A stretch of DNA of 64,000 nucleotides from Marsupella aquatica (Eukaryota; Plantae; Marchantiophyta). The DNA is taken from the NCBI GenBank assembly GCA_973895155.1, contig OZ316894.1, positions 12,812,828 through 12,876,827 on the forward strand. The letters run 5' to 3'. The translations under genes were made by a program, and so were the position numbers. Shown piece after piece: positions 12,401 to 26,250 of this stretch; within the stretch, counting starts at the first letter, position 1; every line of letters starts with the position of its first letter. The notes under the pieces were generated by a model. That model saw only the letters and a list, made by a program, of their open reading frames with translations, did no database searches and was not told the DNA's origin.

Positions 12401-15400
12401 CAAAGAGCTTTCCATGCCATTTACTTATTACGATTGTTCTCGCTCAGTCAAGGTTTTGGATACGTGGGCTCAGCCTACTGTGAATAATCTTAGCCAAATT
12501 ATGTATACCATCAGGGCTTCATGAGGAGGTATTATGTAATGAGAATTAACTCAATGCACATTTGGTGCTTGCTACTGAATATGTTTGAGACCAAATGTAA
12601 TTTAAGTTGGGATCAAAATTCCCTCACTGGCAAGCACTACTAGGTTCGAAAGAGAGGCACAATATTACCAATGTGTCATTAATGAGCTTCGAGTTTAGAA
12701 AAAGATTTGCTCTTTTGGGTGGTCAACCGGCACAAATGGTGCAAGTCAGGGTCCTCAAGGGTGAGAAAGTTCTAACAAATATTAGCCATAGATTGTGCAA
12801 CTAGAGTGAAGGGAAGTAGCCTCCACTTGGTTTATGTAACGTTAATTGAAAACAAAGTTGAAATTGTTTATCATCTATGTTCCATTTCGTTGTAACAATT
12901 ACAGCATATCCTATGGTCTTACGCCTGCTAGTTTGCTTCCAGGTGACAGCATAATATCCTATCAATCAGGACTCCTAATATACTTTTACGTACTTTCTTG
13001 TCAAATATTTGTCTAGATAGAGGGAATCGTAGCTAGGGATGCTCTCCAAATAGGTCCTATGGGTATGCAAGTCTAGTTTAACTACTGTTTGCAGTAATTG
13101 GTTCAATGATCTTTCATAAAGTTTTATTTTAGTTAATTTGGTAATAAATAAAGTACATTTGGCATCCATGAACTTTAGAGATTAAATCCTTGACTAGGGT
13201 TATCATGATACTAAACAAAAGAGGTAATCGAAACCCAGACTCCATAAATAAAGAACAACAATTTTGAAAAAATGGAGAAGTTACAGATTGGCTTATATTG
13301 ATTGATGGCAATGTCAGATGACCTCAAACCACATTGGCAGTACGAAACAAATAATCGACTTCCTAACTTAAATCATTCTAGATTTCTTTGTTGGCCTTGC
13401 TTGTAAAAATGGGCACGGCCAATTCTTGCTGAATTGAATGAAATTGTGACACGTATGTCTTTAGACTGGCATCCCAAATGTCACACGTTTCCCATTGAGC
13501 TTCAAGACATCGTTCAGTTCAAAGGTACAATATCTGGTTAATTTCTTGCAAAAAATGCATTTCCAAGGTTTCTATGTTCACAATGGAATTTCTAACCTTG
13601 CGTAAGATTATAGAAATGAATATATGTACAAAGGTTGAAAATGTGCCAAAGTCCAGTAATTCTTGAATGTGGGCTTGTTAATATTGGGATTGATCATTCT
13701 TGACATACAAGAAAAATCATAACCTTGCATTTCTCTTCACAAAAACTAGGTTGTTCATATCAGTTGTCTTGATGCAGTAGGGTCCCTCTTCCCCATTAAT
13801 GTTGATGCCCCCTACCTTATATCTCAGGTCCTCTCAACTGGTCAAGTGCTCTAGCTTGCAGACTGGTATTATTGACCTTGGTCCTACTCATTTATACAGT
13901 TTTCCACTCTTCTAAAATAACTTCAAAAAATAAGCCCAGCTTGACCACTTTCAAATATTTAATGTCAAACTTTGAGTCATAAAAGTACGATAGGGCCTTT
14001 TCACTAAGAAACAAACAAAATGCAGTGGAGTAAAAGCAAAAGAGGTCCAGAGAAGACAAACACCAAAATCTAAAGAAAGGGGCAAATGCAACCTCAAAAC
14101 AAACCCACAACTACAAACTGCCATATCCATCCCAGTTGCATAGTCATCAAACTTGCTGGTCCATGCATCCAAGCATCACTTCAGAAACTGCACAAGCTGG
14201 CGTCATTTCTTTAGTTGTGTATATTTCTAGCATGTATGGTCAAACATGTATAATGGGTCAAAGATGTGCATTCAAATGTTCTGCAAAGTTATTGTTTTTT
14301 TTACAAGCACCGGACTGAAAATTGTTGATTGTGATAAGAGAAAATCAAAATATATAAGCTCTGCCTTGTGACAATCAGGTTGTTACATTTTTCATTTTAT
14401 TTCAGGTATATCAACATATTGTACTTCTTGTTCAATACAATACCAAACTTGGAGCATTTGGGATCAGTAGGGAGCCAGACTTAATGAACAAGGACATTTG
14501 CTTCAGCAGGTGAGTAATAAGTGGAAATCATCCGGAATTTAATTAGTGTGCGACTCTTAATCTTAATAGGGAGTAAACTCTTAGTATGACAACTTTTTAC
14601 ATGAGATGATCTACAAGTTTCATTTCCATTTTCAATAATCTAAATTCCTAATCTCACTTTCCATGCCACAGTCAATGGCAAAGGCTTTGAATAAAAATAT
14701 GAAATCCAATAAATAGATTATAATTTATCAAGGCAAGCCTTCATTTTGCAAGGAAAGCCTGATTTGATTGTTTGGTATCCAAACCTTTGCCTGGTATTCA
14801 ATTGTTTCCATGTTACTTAGCGGCATAGATCTCCTTAGCCCGCTCCGTAGACAACAATTATTACAGGTTTGGACATTAGAGTCTATAGAGCATTGACTGG
14901 CTTTGGGAGAGATATAGTGATTTACTCAGTCCCTCCTGACAAAAGGTTTTCTCTCAATGTCCCACCAAAACTTTCATCTTCTCTCCCGCTGGACCTTTGG
15001 GCCCACCAAAAGTACCATTTTGTTCTGGAAGTTCTTATAAAGAGACTTCAGCTTCAGAACCCAAGATTGTTTACCATTGTTGGATGTCCAATAACATTGC
15101 CAATGCGATTAACTACCAGAGTGGGGTCATTTGTTGTGAGTCCCCAGCAAGAAATGGCTTTGCACATAGATTTGTATTCATTGACCACAATATTTACAAA
15201 TACTCAGAGGTGTAATAGGAGTTTAGGGCAAACTTTATCTTAGGGTGTAAAATCAAGATGGTTACAAGAGAATCATCTAGAATATCATCAACTGAATCGA
15301 TGTATTCACTCTAAGCTAAGCCTGACCGATAAGAACATTGACATGCTAGTGAACTTCTGCACGGTCTTGTCTTCTTACAAAAGGTTTATATGGCATGCCC

Positions 15401-15781
15401 TGCACATAAGCTCTGCACTGTTTAAAGTGTTTTAATTCTTCCAATGTGTACAGTAATTCTTGAGGGAGAGTGTCACGCATGCAAGGAGGACAACCGGTCA
15501 ATGCCTTTGTGGACCAACCTGTCCTGTATTTTAGTTTGCACATCTCAAGGGTAACCATAGTTGTCTTTAGCATGAACACAAGCAGCAATAGGAAGCAGGC
15601 AGCATAAGAAAACGTAGATGAAATGAAAATAAACACAATGAGAAAAATGAAAATAAACACAATGAGAAACAAAATTGGTTCCTAATGGATTTTCGGAAAA
15701 AAGGGGGCACATTTCCTTTGTAATTTTTATGCACCATGCACATTCTATCCTGCATTGTATGCACAAAAGCAATGAATTTGG

Positions 15782-16015
15782 GGGCAATGGCGCTTGCATG
15801 CTGCCATAAATCCCTTCCTTTGTAGTTTGAGTACAGTTGGCAAAATGTATTGAAACAAGTTAGGAGCCCAAGGCACTATGGTGCTTGAGTGTGCCAATGT
15901 AACTTTAAACCCCTTCCTCTTTAGTTTGAATACAATTACTATGATGTATTCAAACTAGTTGGGAGACCGGGGCACTATGGCGCTTGCGTGCTTCATTGCG
16001 GCCCTGAATCCTTCT
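15782..16015. repeat. Degenerate tandem repeat, ~90-99 bp unit, ~2.5 copies
   Basis: GGC(ACT)ATGG(C/T)GCTTG recurs near 15783, 15872 and 15971; CCCTTCCT..TAGTTTGA.TACA follows the first two copies. Confidence 0.7.
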
Positions 16016-18012
16016 TGCACTCTCACAGTAAGTTTTTGCCATGGCTACACAGGACCAGCCACAATGATATCAGACTAGATAGTAAGCTTGAGTGAACAGT
16101 GTGGTAGAGCCCCTAACAAGAACTTGGTTCTATGAAGTGGGCCCAGCCCGGAGGTGTACCCGGAGAGAATATGATAGATTGGGTCCACTAGGAGTGAATC
16201 TGCAAATTTTGGTCCACCAAGAGACAAACTTTCCTCCGGAGGTCCACCAAGTACATGTCTCTTGGCTTTGATTTAGTGCAGTTGTGATCCACTGTCAATG
16301 TCCATTTGAGGGTGCACATCTGACTATGGTCATTAATTGCCTAATTGGATTTCGCATCTGACAGATTAGATAGTGTCTACTTAGCTACTATTGGACCATT
16401 CACAGAATCACTTGAGGCAGCGCCAGCCTCCCCGGTTGGTGCACTTATGGTCCTTAGCTTTCTACCCCTGGTGGGGTCTCCCTCCTTCTATATGCTGCCT
16501 CTTTGATGTTTACTATACTAAAATTCCAAGGCTAGAGGTATAGAAACCCTTTCAATCAGACTTTTAGTAATATTCTAATAAATGGAACACCTTCCACAAC
16601 CTACTATAAAAAAACCAACATATTAACATACGAACTTTAGGGTTTATGGTACCTTGATTAATTAGGACCGTGCCTGGAAATGCACAAACAAGGGTACAAT
16701 AGCTAATGCTTGTAACAATCAGCTATGCTGAGGATAATGGAACATAACTCACTCAGATAATTCTGAAGAATTTCCTGGAAACACTAACTAAGTGAATACA
16801 AATCAGTATATATTCACCTTCTTCTTTAAATTGCAGTCCACATCCGGTAAATAGTTAGCTTATAAATATTAAAAACTTAAATTACATATAAAAAATCTTA
16901 ACACTAGCTAATTTGTAGGATCAGTGAACTCATACCCCTGTGAATACTATAACCCTACTATTGACCCTTGTATTGACTCTATATCTCTTTGGCTGTTAAT
17001 TGTTTGGGTTGGAGAATGTTACTCCCCATGCCCTACAAAGTACGTCAAGTTCTAAAAGGCATGGAAAACTTAGTAGCTCCCCTCCCCCCCCCCCCTCTCC
17101 CATGATTTAACCTTTAAGCTAGTTTCTACCCTTAATTACATTTTGTAATTTCCATAGCACTATGATTGCTTCATTAAAATATGAAAACATGCTTGGATTT
17201 ATGTTAGAATTTAAGGTTTTGAACTAAGCTTGCAACTGGAATGTATTTCTTTGTGTGCAGTTTAACACAACTTCTTGAAAACTACAAGCAAGCTTATGAG
17301 AATATCGGTCATCTTGTACTGAAAATTAGAGTGGGACTCCCGGTTTGTTAAAGTACCTTCTATAATTAATGAGTTGTTAATCCTTGGTCTCAAAATGAAG
17401 CAGAATGTCAAGTTGTAGAGACATTTCATGCATAAGAGGCTCAAACTACTTCCTAAAATTGTTTTGTTTTATAATCTTGATGTCAGTTATCAAGTCTCTT
17501 ATGAAATCTTCAACTTCCCATAAAAAGAAACTCCAGATGTTGCTTGAAATGTGCTAAAATTCTGGTTGCATGTAAGTATTCATATATTCATCTTCAAAGT
17601 AATAAAGAATCCTACTCTGAAAACTTTGAGACATGGCTTTCACCCCCTAAGTTGAAAATGGTAAATTAATGACAAAAGTAAAGTTTGGCCTAAATTATGT
17701 CAGGTAACACACGAAGTAAACTCTCCAAATTATGTGTGTTGGAGACATACTTCTGTGAATACCAAAGAATTATCGTGGGAAAAGGTACATGTTGAGGCTT
17801 TTATAAAACGGTCAAATCTTGTGCAAGTTGCAACTTTGCAATAAACTTTAAAGCCTTTTGATTGTCCTTCAAAGCTTGCTAGATATTTCAGACAATGACT
17901 AATTTTTTTTTATCATTTCAATCAAAATATCAAAAGGAGTAAATAGAAATCCATCACACTAGGAAAAAGAAATCTAGAAAAACATTCTCATTGTTAAAAC
18001 TTTGATTCATGA

Positions 18013-18117
18013 TAGCCATCTTCATTATCTCATGAGATGGAAAGCCATCTTCATTAGCCACTAGAGATGGAATCATGAGATAAAGCTTTCCATCTCATGA
18101 GATAGTGAAGATGGCTA
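18013..18117. repeat. 33-bp inverted repeat (hairpin)
   Basis: TAGCCATCTTCATTATCTCATGAGATGGAAAGC (18013-18045) matches the reverse complement of 18085-18117 at 32/33 positions; 39-nt spacer. Confidence 0.9.
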
Positions 18118-19737
18118 ACTACCTGAACTAAATTCCTTTGTCAACAACTAAAGTATTTATATCATAGATTTCTCAAATTGAGATTTGTTACAATGCCTCT
18201 TGGCTGAAATTACAAGAACGCACACTTTTTTATTTCATTTAAATGTCACTCTTTTAACTGAGGTCAACTTAAGCCAACCAGGGTTGAAAATATCAATCTG
18301 GGTTTGGCGACCAGTTACTCTTACTATGGACAACCAAGATACATCCTCCTCAATTGGACCTAAATGCAGTATTACTTTGTTCAATGTCAGAAGTTCACTT
18401 CAGATGGTGGATTAACCTTGGTCAAAAAAGGGAAACCTGAGATGATAGAGATAGTGACGATGACGCTAAATGTAGAGGCAAAAGTTTGACAATAGATCCA
18501 ACCATGATTTACTTGGGTGAACCTTGGATGAAAGAGTGACATTCCAATGATTGAAATAGGAAGTGTACTATTATAGTAATTTGGACCAGAAAGTGGCAAA
18601 ACCTATGAATTCTCAGTTCTTTGAGAAACTGGGACACACATTATGGTCAACTCAACACATTTGGGTGCTAGTGTGCCTCCGCAGCGGCTAGCTCCCCTTG
18701 AGGATGTTCCAATCCCACTTGCCGATCTAGTTTTGACTCTTGATGTGGACCATTAGCTTTTTGCCACATTGGGTAGGAATGATGAGGACCTCGGTCCGCT
18801 TGGGTTAGTTTTAGTCTCTCTTTCTTGGTTTTTAGGGGTTCCCTATTGTTCATTTCTTACTTTTAGTTCCTCTTTCTTGGTGTTTAGTAGTTCTCTTTTG
18901 CTCACTTCTTTTTCGATTGGTTTTGTCCACTTGGGCCCTCTTTTGTTTGTTCATTTGTACTCTGTTTGGTCCCTTTGTATATAAAAAGTGTGTATATTTT
19001 TTCACTCAACGCACTAAATTTCATTGTCTACGGGAGTTTAAACTTGCTCTGTCAACTTATTAAAAACAACCAAAGTTGATTCATCTACCCCTTCTTGGGC
19101 CCCTTGTATACGATCTTGGCAGTGGTTGCAAAAAGACCTCTTATGCTTGGAAATAGTACAATGTACGGATACAAGTGACGTGGTTGTCATAAAATAAGAC
19201 TATGTCAAGATCTTTAGTTTGTGCCAATGTGCCCATTTTGCTGAAGTCAACCCTCCCATAACCTAGCAAACAAGATTTGAGCAACAATTCAGCAAATGGC
19301 CATTATATTATATAGACTAGTAGACTGGTAAATCACATACTCCAAAGACTAATTTACCGTCTTACAATTTTAGATACCCAGGGATTTTACTATATGTAAA
19401 CTAGTGGGACTTCCTTGTAAAAGCACCCCATTGCCTTTTTACACCTTATTATTTTCCTTGAATCCCCATAAAAGTTTCCCCTGTCATGGGTAATAATCAC
19501 AGTTTTGATTACTCTTGAGGTGCTTGCACATCCTTTCCAAATTAGTTATGCCGAGGCCTAGTGAAAATTATTTATGTTTTTTGAGTCTGGTGTAATTTTT
19601 GTAGTGTTGCAAAGCTTTGGAGCTCAACTTTGCAAAACATTGCAAGCTCAAAGAAGGACAATCGTACTTCACTTTCTATCTTTTCCAATTAATCTAACTT
19701 GCCAAAGATGTTTTTGTATAATTATATACAATATTAA

Positions 19738-20297
19738 GCCTGGATGGACCCAGAGGTTTGCTGTGAAGCCCCTATGGATATTCAAAGCTGGGATGGACTG
19801 ATTTAGAACATCAAAAAAATGCTTGGATAGTAGTCTTTACAGTTTTGACTGAAATTTGACCTGTTTATATTGGTGGTAAGTTGCTACTTATTCACAAAAT
19901 ACTCAGGGCGCGGTGCACAAAAGTGAAGTATCCTTCACTAAAGTTGTAAGTTGCTTTTTCTCAGATCATCTGCTCCATTGTTGGTGAATGCTCCTCAACA
20001 ATGGAGCAGATGATCTCAGGCAAAATTGAAACTGGGTCAGGTAATAGATTGGACATCAGAGAACATACTGGAGAAAAAATGAGCTCAAACATAGATCAAA
20101 AAGTTGTATTAAATGCACCAGTGTAACCAAAACAAACATATTACAGTTGGTGGGGGGCAATTGGAAATATAGTCTGGGAGTCCTCAAAACTGATCTGTCC
20201 TTCCAAAAGCAGTGGGTCAGTGTGAGGTTCAGGTGCAAAGCAAGGGAGCACGTTACATAGTCCAATGGGCATAGAAAACCCTTCTGTCCATCCAGGC
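19738..20297. mobile_element. MITE with short TIRs and a central perfect hairpin
   Basis: AATATTAAGCCTGGATGGAC near 19730-19749 is mirrored by GTCCATCCAGGCTTAATATT near 20286-20305; the flanks can be read as a TA or TTAA TSD; perfect 21-bp inverted repeat at 19963-19983 / 19996-20016. Confidence 0.7.
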
Positions 20298-20316
20298 TTA
20301 ATATTCTATTAAAAAG

Positions 20317-20532
20317 TTATAATTAGTTTGCCACTAAAGATGTTTAGATTGATAATATTGCCATGGTTGTTTTTGTATTTACACCCATGCCTCAGTTTTG
20401 TATAAAGACTATAAGTTCAACAAAGTAACAAAGGTGAGAGTATACAAAACTGTGACATATTTGTAAAATAATCCAGTAAAAAATAATGGCAGTATTGTGA
20501 ATTAGAAAGTTTTAGTGGCAATGTAGTTAAAA
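20317..20532. mobile_element. 216-bp MITE sharing TIRs with the MULE at 31256-37057
   Basis: The right end TTTAGTGGCAATGTAGTTAAAA is the exact reverse complement of the MULE left terminus TTTTAACTACATTGCCACTAAA. The left end TTATAATTAGTTTGCCACTAAAG is a decayed copy. No TSD visible. Confidence 0.75.
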
Positions 20533-22260
20533 TCTTGTTATATTTATACATATATGAAGAAATGTTTTTGAAATCAAATAGCTCATGTTAAATAAATGAA
20601 TTAAAATGTATACATTGTGGATAAATAATAAAAGAAAATGTGTTCATGAACAGTACAATACTGCATAGTTTTTCAAGTACATTGTCTTTGAAGCAAAGTT
20701 TAAATAGTGTGCTTGAGCCCTTGTCCAGTCCTAGGGGTCCTCCCTCCATTCAGTGATTTAAGCCTTTGCCCTTATCCCAAATTTCTTTAAAGAAGTTAAG
20801 TGGGTAGTCAGAGAAGTTATTCACAATTTGCACCGCATTTCTTGAAATATAATCACTTTGCCATTTTAACCAAAGTTAAGATAGATCCAAAGCTTAGTTC
20901 AACTTAGCCAAAAGAACATACTCAAGGTAATGTGAAGTGACTTAGAAATATCCATTTGACTATTTGTAAGTCCAGTTTCACTTGTTTTATTTCAAACCTA
21001 TGTATTCTGAAAAATTTCCAACTACTAGAAATGATTAAACATGATATTACTACACGTGCACAGCATCCATGCCATTGATGTGGAAGTATGATAAATTTGA
21101 TACGTTTGCAGATTTAGGCACATCATTATAGTGGGGTGGTTTTAGTTATTTGGTGTCAATACAGTAAAATGGGAGGTGCACAATTTCACTAATTAAAGTG
21201 TCTGATATTAGTTATCAGTCATCTCCTTCTAAACCCTGGTTAATCTCAGTTTGGCAGCTAAGATGGGTTCAATCTTGATTAGCCTCTCTCAGATGGGCGT
21301 ACAGACAAAAAGCCACCAAAAATTATATATGGATATACGGATGCTACATATGGCAAAAATTGTTTTGGACAATAAATCTTCAAATTTTTGCTTTTAAAAA
21401 CTTGATTTGTTTTAGCCATATCATCTTGGTGGCCTTTCTGAGATGACGTGACCATTGACAGCAGTCAACTGTTGGAATAAATTGATAACTAATGCTATTG
21501 GTATAGTTGATCATAAAATGGTGAGGGTGGATTGAAGATTGATTCCCCTTTAAATGTGATGTTGGACATATCCTATTGAGACTGATCACTTTAGCATAAA
21601 TTGCTTGAGCTACTTGCATTGTGATGTAGATGCCAACATGTTAGAATATACAATCCACGGCAACATAAAACTACTAAAGATAAGAAATGGACATGATAAT
21701 AGACTTGCACAAGTGTTCATTCTTTGAACCAAAAAAGAGGTGAGTACATTCAAACCCGCTTTGCCATTTCAGAGACTCATCCTGTCCCATAGCCTTGTTT
21801 TACACTTGCACCCAAAAATTTAGTAACAGCCCAGAGCTCGCCTTAGAGTCATGGTCTGACTGGAGGCGTCACTCTAAACCGTAGCCCTGAAAGAGTAGGT
21901 TTTGATTACAATTATGTAGTTAGATGTTGATCTACGATAGGGTATGTACGTTGAGGCTGTGCTTTGGCCTTTTGTTCACATCCTAAGTTCCCTGGATGTT
22001 TGGAGCAAGACAATCATTTGTTTGACACCTGGGCCATCATTGTATGTAAACTAATAGAACCTATCTACGAGTATGCCTTCTCCCCTATGTACCCGTTATT
22101 ATTTCCCTTTCCCCATAGAACACCCCCTTTTTACAAATAATATTTTAGAATAACCATTCAAATTGGATATAAAAATATATTTTTTCCATTGTTTGCACAC
22201 TCTCTGAATTACACAATCTGAGTACCCAGAGTGTTTGACCCATTTTCCTTTGTTAGATAT

Positions 22261-22882
22261 AGCTTTTTACTAACCTGTCCCCCAAACTACCCAAATTCCC
22301 TATCCTGTCACCAAAACTAATTTATTTGTCAACCTGCCCCCCTTTTTGTATATGGGTCAGCAATAACCCAATACAAGGTTCTTGCTGCAAAGTGGCAAGG
22401 CGTGAGGGGCCAAAGGTTAACCAGGCAAATCCCCACTCACCCCTTCCCCATCGTGGAGGTTTATCGGGCAGGCCGGGAACCAGAAAAAATGGGCAGGGTC
22501 AGTTTTTGCCTGAAAGTCATCTCACCAAAACACTACTTTGTACCCCTGCATATTGTCCCTGCCCTCCTTTTCCTGACCAAAAAGTGCACAAATGTTTACA
22601 CATTGATGCCGCTGTGGTCCAGTGCCATCTTCGGTCCAGTGCCATCTTCGGCTTTGGCTTTCAAATTTTGTGCTGGCTTAGGGCTAGGTGACCTTTGTGC
22701 TGAGCAGGGTCTTTCCTGGTTAACCTGCAGCCAGTTGCACCTTGCCATGTGGCAGCGGAACCCTGTACTGGGTTGTTACTAACCCATGTACAAAGAGAGG
22801 GGCAGGTTGATAAATAAATTTATTTATTTCCGGGATAGGATAGTGAATTCAGGCAGTTAGGGGGACCAGTTGGTAAAAAGCT
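22261..22882. mobile_element. Long-TIR (~170 bp) non-autonomous foldback/Mutator-like element
   Basis: AGCTTTTTACTAACCTGTCCCCC...TCAACCTGCCCC...GGTTAACCAGG (22261-~22430) pairs with CCTGGTTAACC...GGGGCAGGTTGA...GGGGGACCAGTTGGTAAAAAGCT (~22710-22882). TSD not resolved. Confidence 0.75.
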
Positions 22883-25800
22883 GCTGTTATGGAGTGCTGA
22901 GTGACAACAATTATAGTGGACAGCTTTCAACTTCATTGCCACAAGATGTCCCATTGACGACATTGCCTTTATTTTTATTGTATTTATAAATACTTGATGC
23001 TTTTATAGTACTCCTAACCAAAGACCAGGAAGGGTTAACCTTGGTCCTTCTTCTGTTCCCTATAAGACATGAGTCACATGTGAATATCTTCAGTCTAGAC
23101 TGCCCTAATTTCTGGCCTAATTTTCTCTTGAGTAAATGTCAAGAGCTCGTTGAGAGAAATCTTTGAGGGTTAAACTACTCCATGCCCGTCCCCACACTAC
23201 TGCAAAGCCCTCGATTAAAGTTTTGTGGGAATGGTGGGAACCTTTGAGGTTAACCTTCAACATTGAGGAGGTTAGGCCATTGGAGCTTAATGCAACCTGG
23301 ACGTGGGATGCGCAACCTGATCAGGTACTGCTGTGTGGATTATTATTTTCTTCTTGACACCTACATTTGTCTTGATATGGGTCTGCAGTTGCCGTGTGGG
23401 AATTGCGTAGGAGACTAAGGGCAACACACTTGGACAAAATAAATTGAATTGAACCTACCATCTTCCCGCCAACACGGCGCCCATGCGTTGTGTTTGAAAT
23501 TGGCTTTTTGGGGGTCCCATGATGAAAACACATGTGAACTCAAACACAACTTCTTTTTAACACAACCCGGGCATTGTGTTTGAGTTTTGACACTAAACTA
23601 TTCTGCATTAAGCACAAACTGAAAAAAAATTTCATGAATCATCTGACAATGCAGAAACACAAAGCCAGTATTCAAACACAACTCCCATTTTTAGCAAAAT
23701 GCCCTTCGAGTAGAAAAAATGAAAATATGCACTGTATTGTCAAACTCAAACACAATGCGCAGGCGCACTATTTTTATAGAGTGCCCCCATGGCCCACTAT
23801 TTGAACACAAGAACATGGAAAACAGTATGGATGGAATTTTTTAAGTATTCTTCTGTTACGTGGCTTGGATGCTTCTTTTGCAATTTGAACCAATTCCAAT
23901 TACTTAAAAGGGCCCTTAATGCTCTGCCTACTTGACCCCCCCCCCCCCCCAAATTGAGCTATCCATGATTGAGCAGGTGGAAGAGGCCCTAACCCACATC
24001 AGATTCAGGAAGCAAGATTTGGAAGACAAGCTAACCAGCATAATTAAGGTAACCATCTACAAACCCATGGCATAATTTTAAATAAAATAAACAATTGGGG
24101 CAATGCTGTCAATTGGAACATTTTCTGTTTGTGGCAAAGTAGTTGGAAGCTATTATAGTGAAATTGTTATGTTATGGGTATGCATGACATGTTGATGTCC
24201 TTTCCTACTTCATCTTAGACAAGGAGACTTAGATGTGTAGTTGCCAAAGGAAGGGTAGGAATTGCCCACAGTTAGTTGTCATTCTTGTACAATTTTGTAA
24301 ACTTGGAAACAATTTGTGGACAATTGCTACATTCATTCAATTGGCAGAAATAAGAATCCATTTGAGATTTTTGAGCTGATATTTGCCATCATCTATGGCA
24401 GATGGAATTAGATGTTCCCTGCATGGGGAATTGCTCTGAGAAAAACCCTCAACACACATATCCTTCCCACATGGCGTTGCTAGTTTATACTTGGGGTAAA
24501 GATTTGCTCCAAGCCTAAACCCTACCGATTTTGTGCCTGCCTAAACTTGTCATTGCCTTAGCCCAAACCCCAACCCAAAACCAACAAAATCAAATATTTG
24601 TGACTGCCTAGAACCCTCGAGTAAAAGTGACACTGGCGATCCACAACACATCTCATCATCCCAAAACTCTAAAATGATTTGAGCCACTAGTGTCACTAAA
24701 GTGATCAAACCGTAAACTCTAAATTTAATTTGAAGACATAATCCATACAATTTTTGAATCCTAGCCAGAAATTTTGTTAGTGCAAGAGCAGGGTTCATAA
24801 CAACATGGTCAAGTACAAGAGTCAACTGTTGTGGTGACATGGTACAGGTAAGGCATTGTAGAAAACTGTGCACTTTTACTTTATAGAAGAACTGAGTGTT
24901 CTTAAGGCTCATTTAGAGGGGTTTGTGTTGGGATATGATCTAGATCAAACAAGATAGCGTCAACACATGTGAACAACATCCATAGACTCCAACACTGAAA
25001 GTACATGGTTCACCCCATCTCGGCTACGTCCACCGCTGGGTAATACACACCGATTACATCTGCCATAGCAACATGCTAGAGCTCCTCCTCTGACCTTCTA
25101 ACTCCCTCTCCTTAAGAGTGAACCTTATGTGAGCACAAGTTTGTGTTCTTCTTGGGTATACCCCCTCCCATGGTCTATGGGAACCTGGACAAACTAGTGC
25201 TATCCTAGTATAGTCAAGTCTAGCTAGTACTATGGAAGTATATAGGTTATACTAGAGGCATAACCTAACAGTTTGATTAGTGCAACAAACTCCCAAGGGC
25301 TGATCAAGTAAAGTTTTACTGATTGGGGGTCTACCATATCCCTCCAACATTGACAATTTGCTAATAGAAGATGTATGGGTTTGAGTGAGGTATGAAAAAT
25401 TGAGGCTAATCAATTGGATCGAGGTTTGACGACTCCAGAGAATTTTTGAAAAGTCTCAGAAAGTTACATTCAACGGATATATATTGATGTGAAACCAGGT
25501 CAAAAGAATCTGGGTGAACGTTTCTAATTGTGCATGTGACAAAAAAGTAATTGTTGCAACCATTTTATTTACTTTTAGAATTATGATGAAGAATTTCTAT
25601 ATTTTTAATAGATTTATTTAGTAAACAACAATGATTAACTCTAGCCGTTTAATCTGATGTAAACACACGTAATTGATCATTTGCTAACAAAGTGGATGGT
25701 GGATGATAGTGTACAATGGTCACAAGAAAAGATGCCAATAGTTGGATTTCTTAGGTAAACAAATGACATCAAATGTTGATAATGAACGAGGACAGTGTGC

Positions 25801-26250
25801 AATTTAGACCAATGGTATTTTAAGCTAGTTGTTACGGACCCCACTAGAGGTCCCTTCCAAACTTCCTGGCACCACAGCGCGCCACGTCATTGAAATGTGT
25901 TGCAAACAGGTACATATTGGGTTACAAAACAAAATTTGCTTCAACATTCATGTTTGTGGCATGATTTTAGTAAAATCAAGGACGCCATGCCGTAAAACAT
26001 AATGTAAAACTGTTTTAAAAGTAACCGTTTTATTTACTCTAGGTAACAAAATGTTGAAGTAGTCATAGACTCGTAACCATTTTTTTAAGCCCGAATAACT
26101 GACTGCCCACCCTCTGGTTCAATTAAGTAATTAATTAATTATATACCCTACACTTGCTTGTCCTCCGGATCACATAGAGGGTATCCTAGCAACTTCTCTT
26201 CAAACTGCTTTATGCTTCGTTGAGCCCTAGGCGAGAAAGCACTCGAGTCA

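Noticed and set aside
7750-14800. Numerous 60-140 aa ORFs in AT-rich DNA
   Set aside because: No recognisable domains or splice models; consistent with random ORFs in intergenic or decayed TE sequence.
14800-15560. Possible CACTA/EnSpm Tnp2 remnant on the minus strand (MCKLKYRTGWSTKALT...LP)
   Set aside because: Only one weak motif; no CACTA termini or continuous frame seen.
18620-18990. Possible 3' end of another non-LTR element (short frame plus T-rich tail)
   Set aside because: Too short and not alignable by eye to the other CRE-like copies.
23477-23766. Inverted TGTGTTTGA / TCAAACACA motifs suggesting a MITE
   Set aside because: The motifs are real, but termini and TSD cannot be defined.
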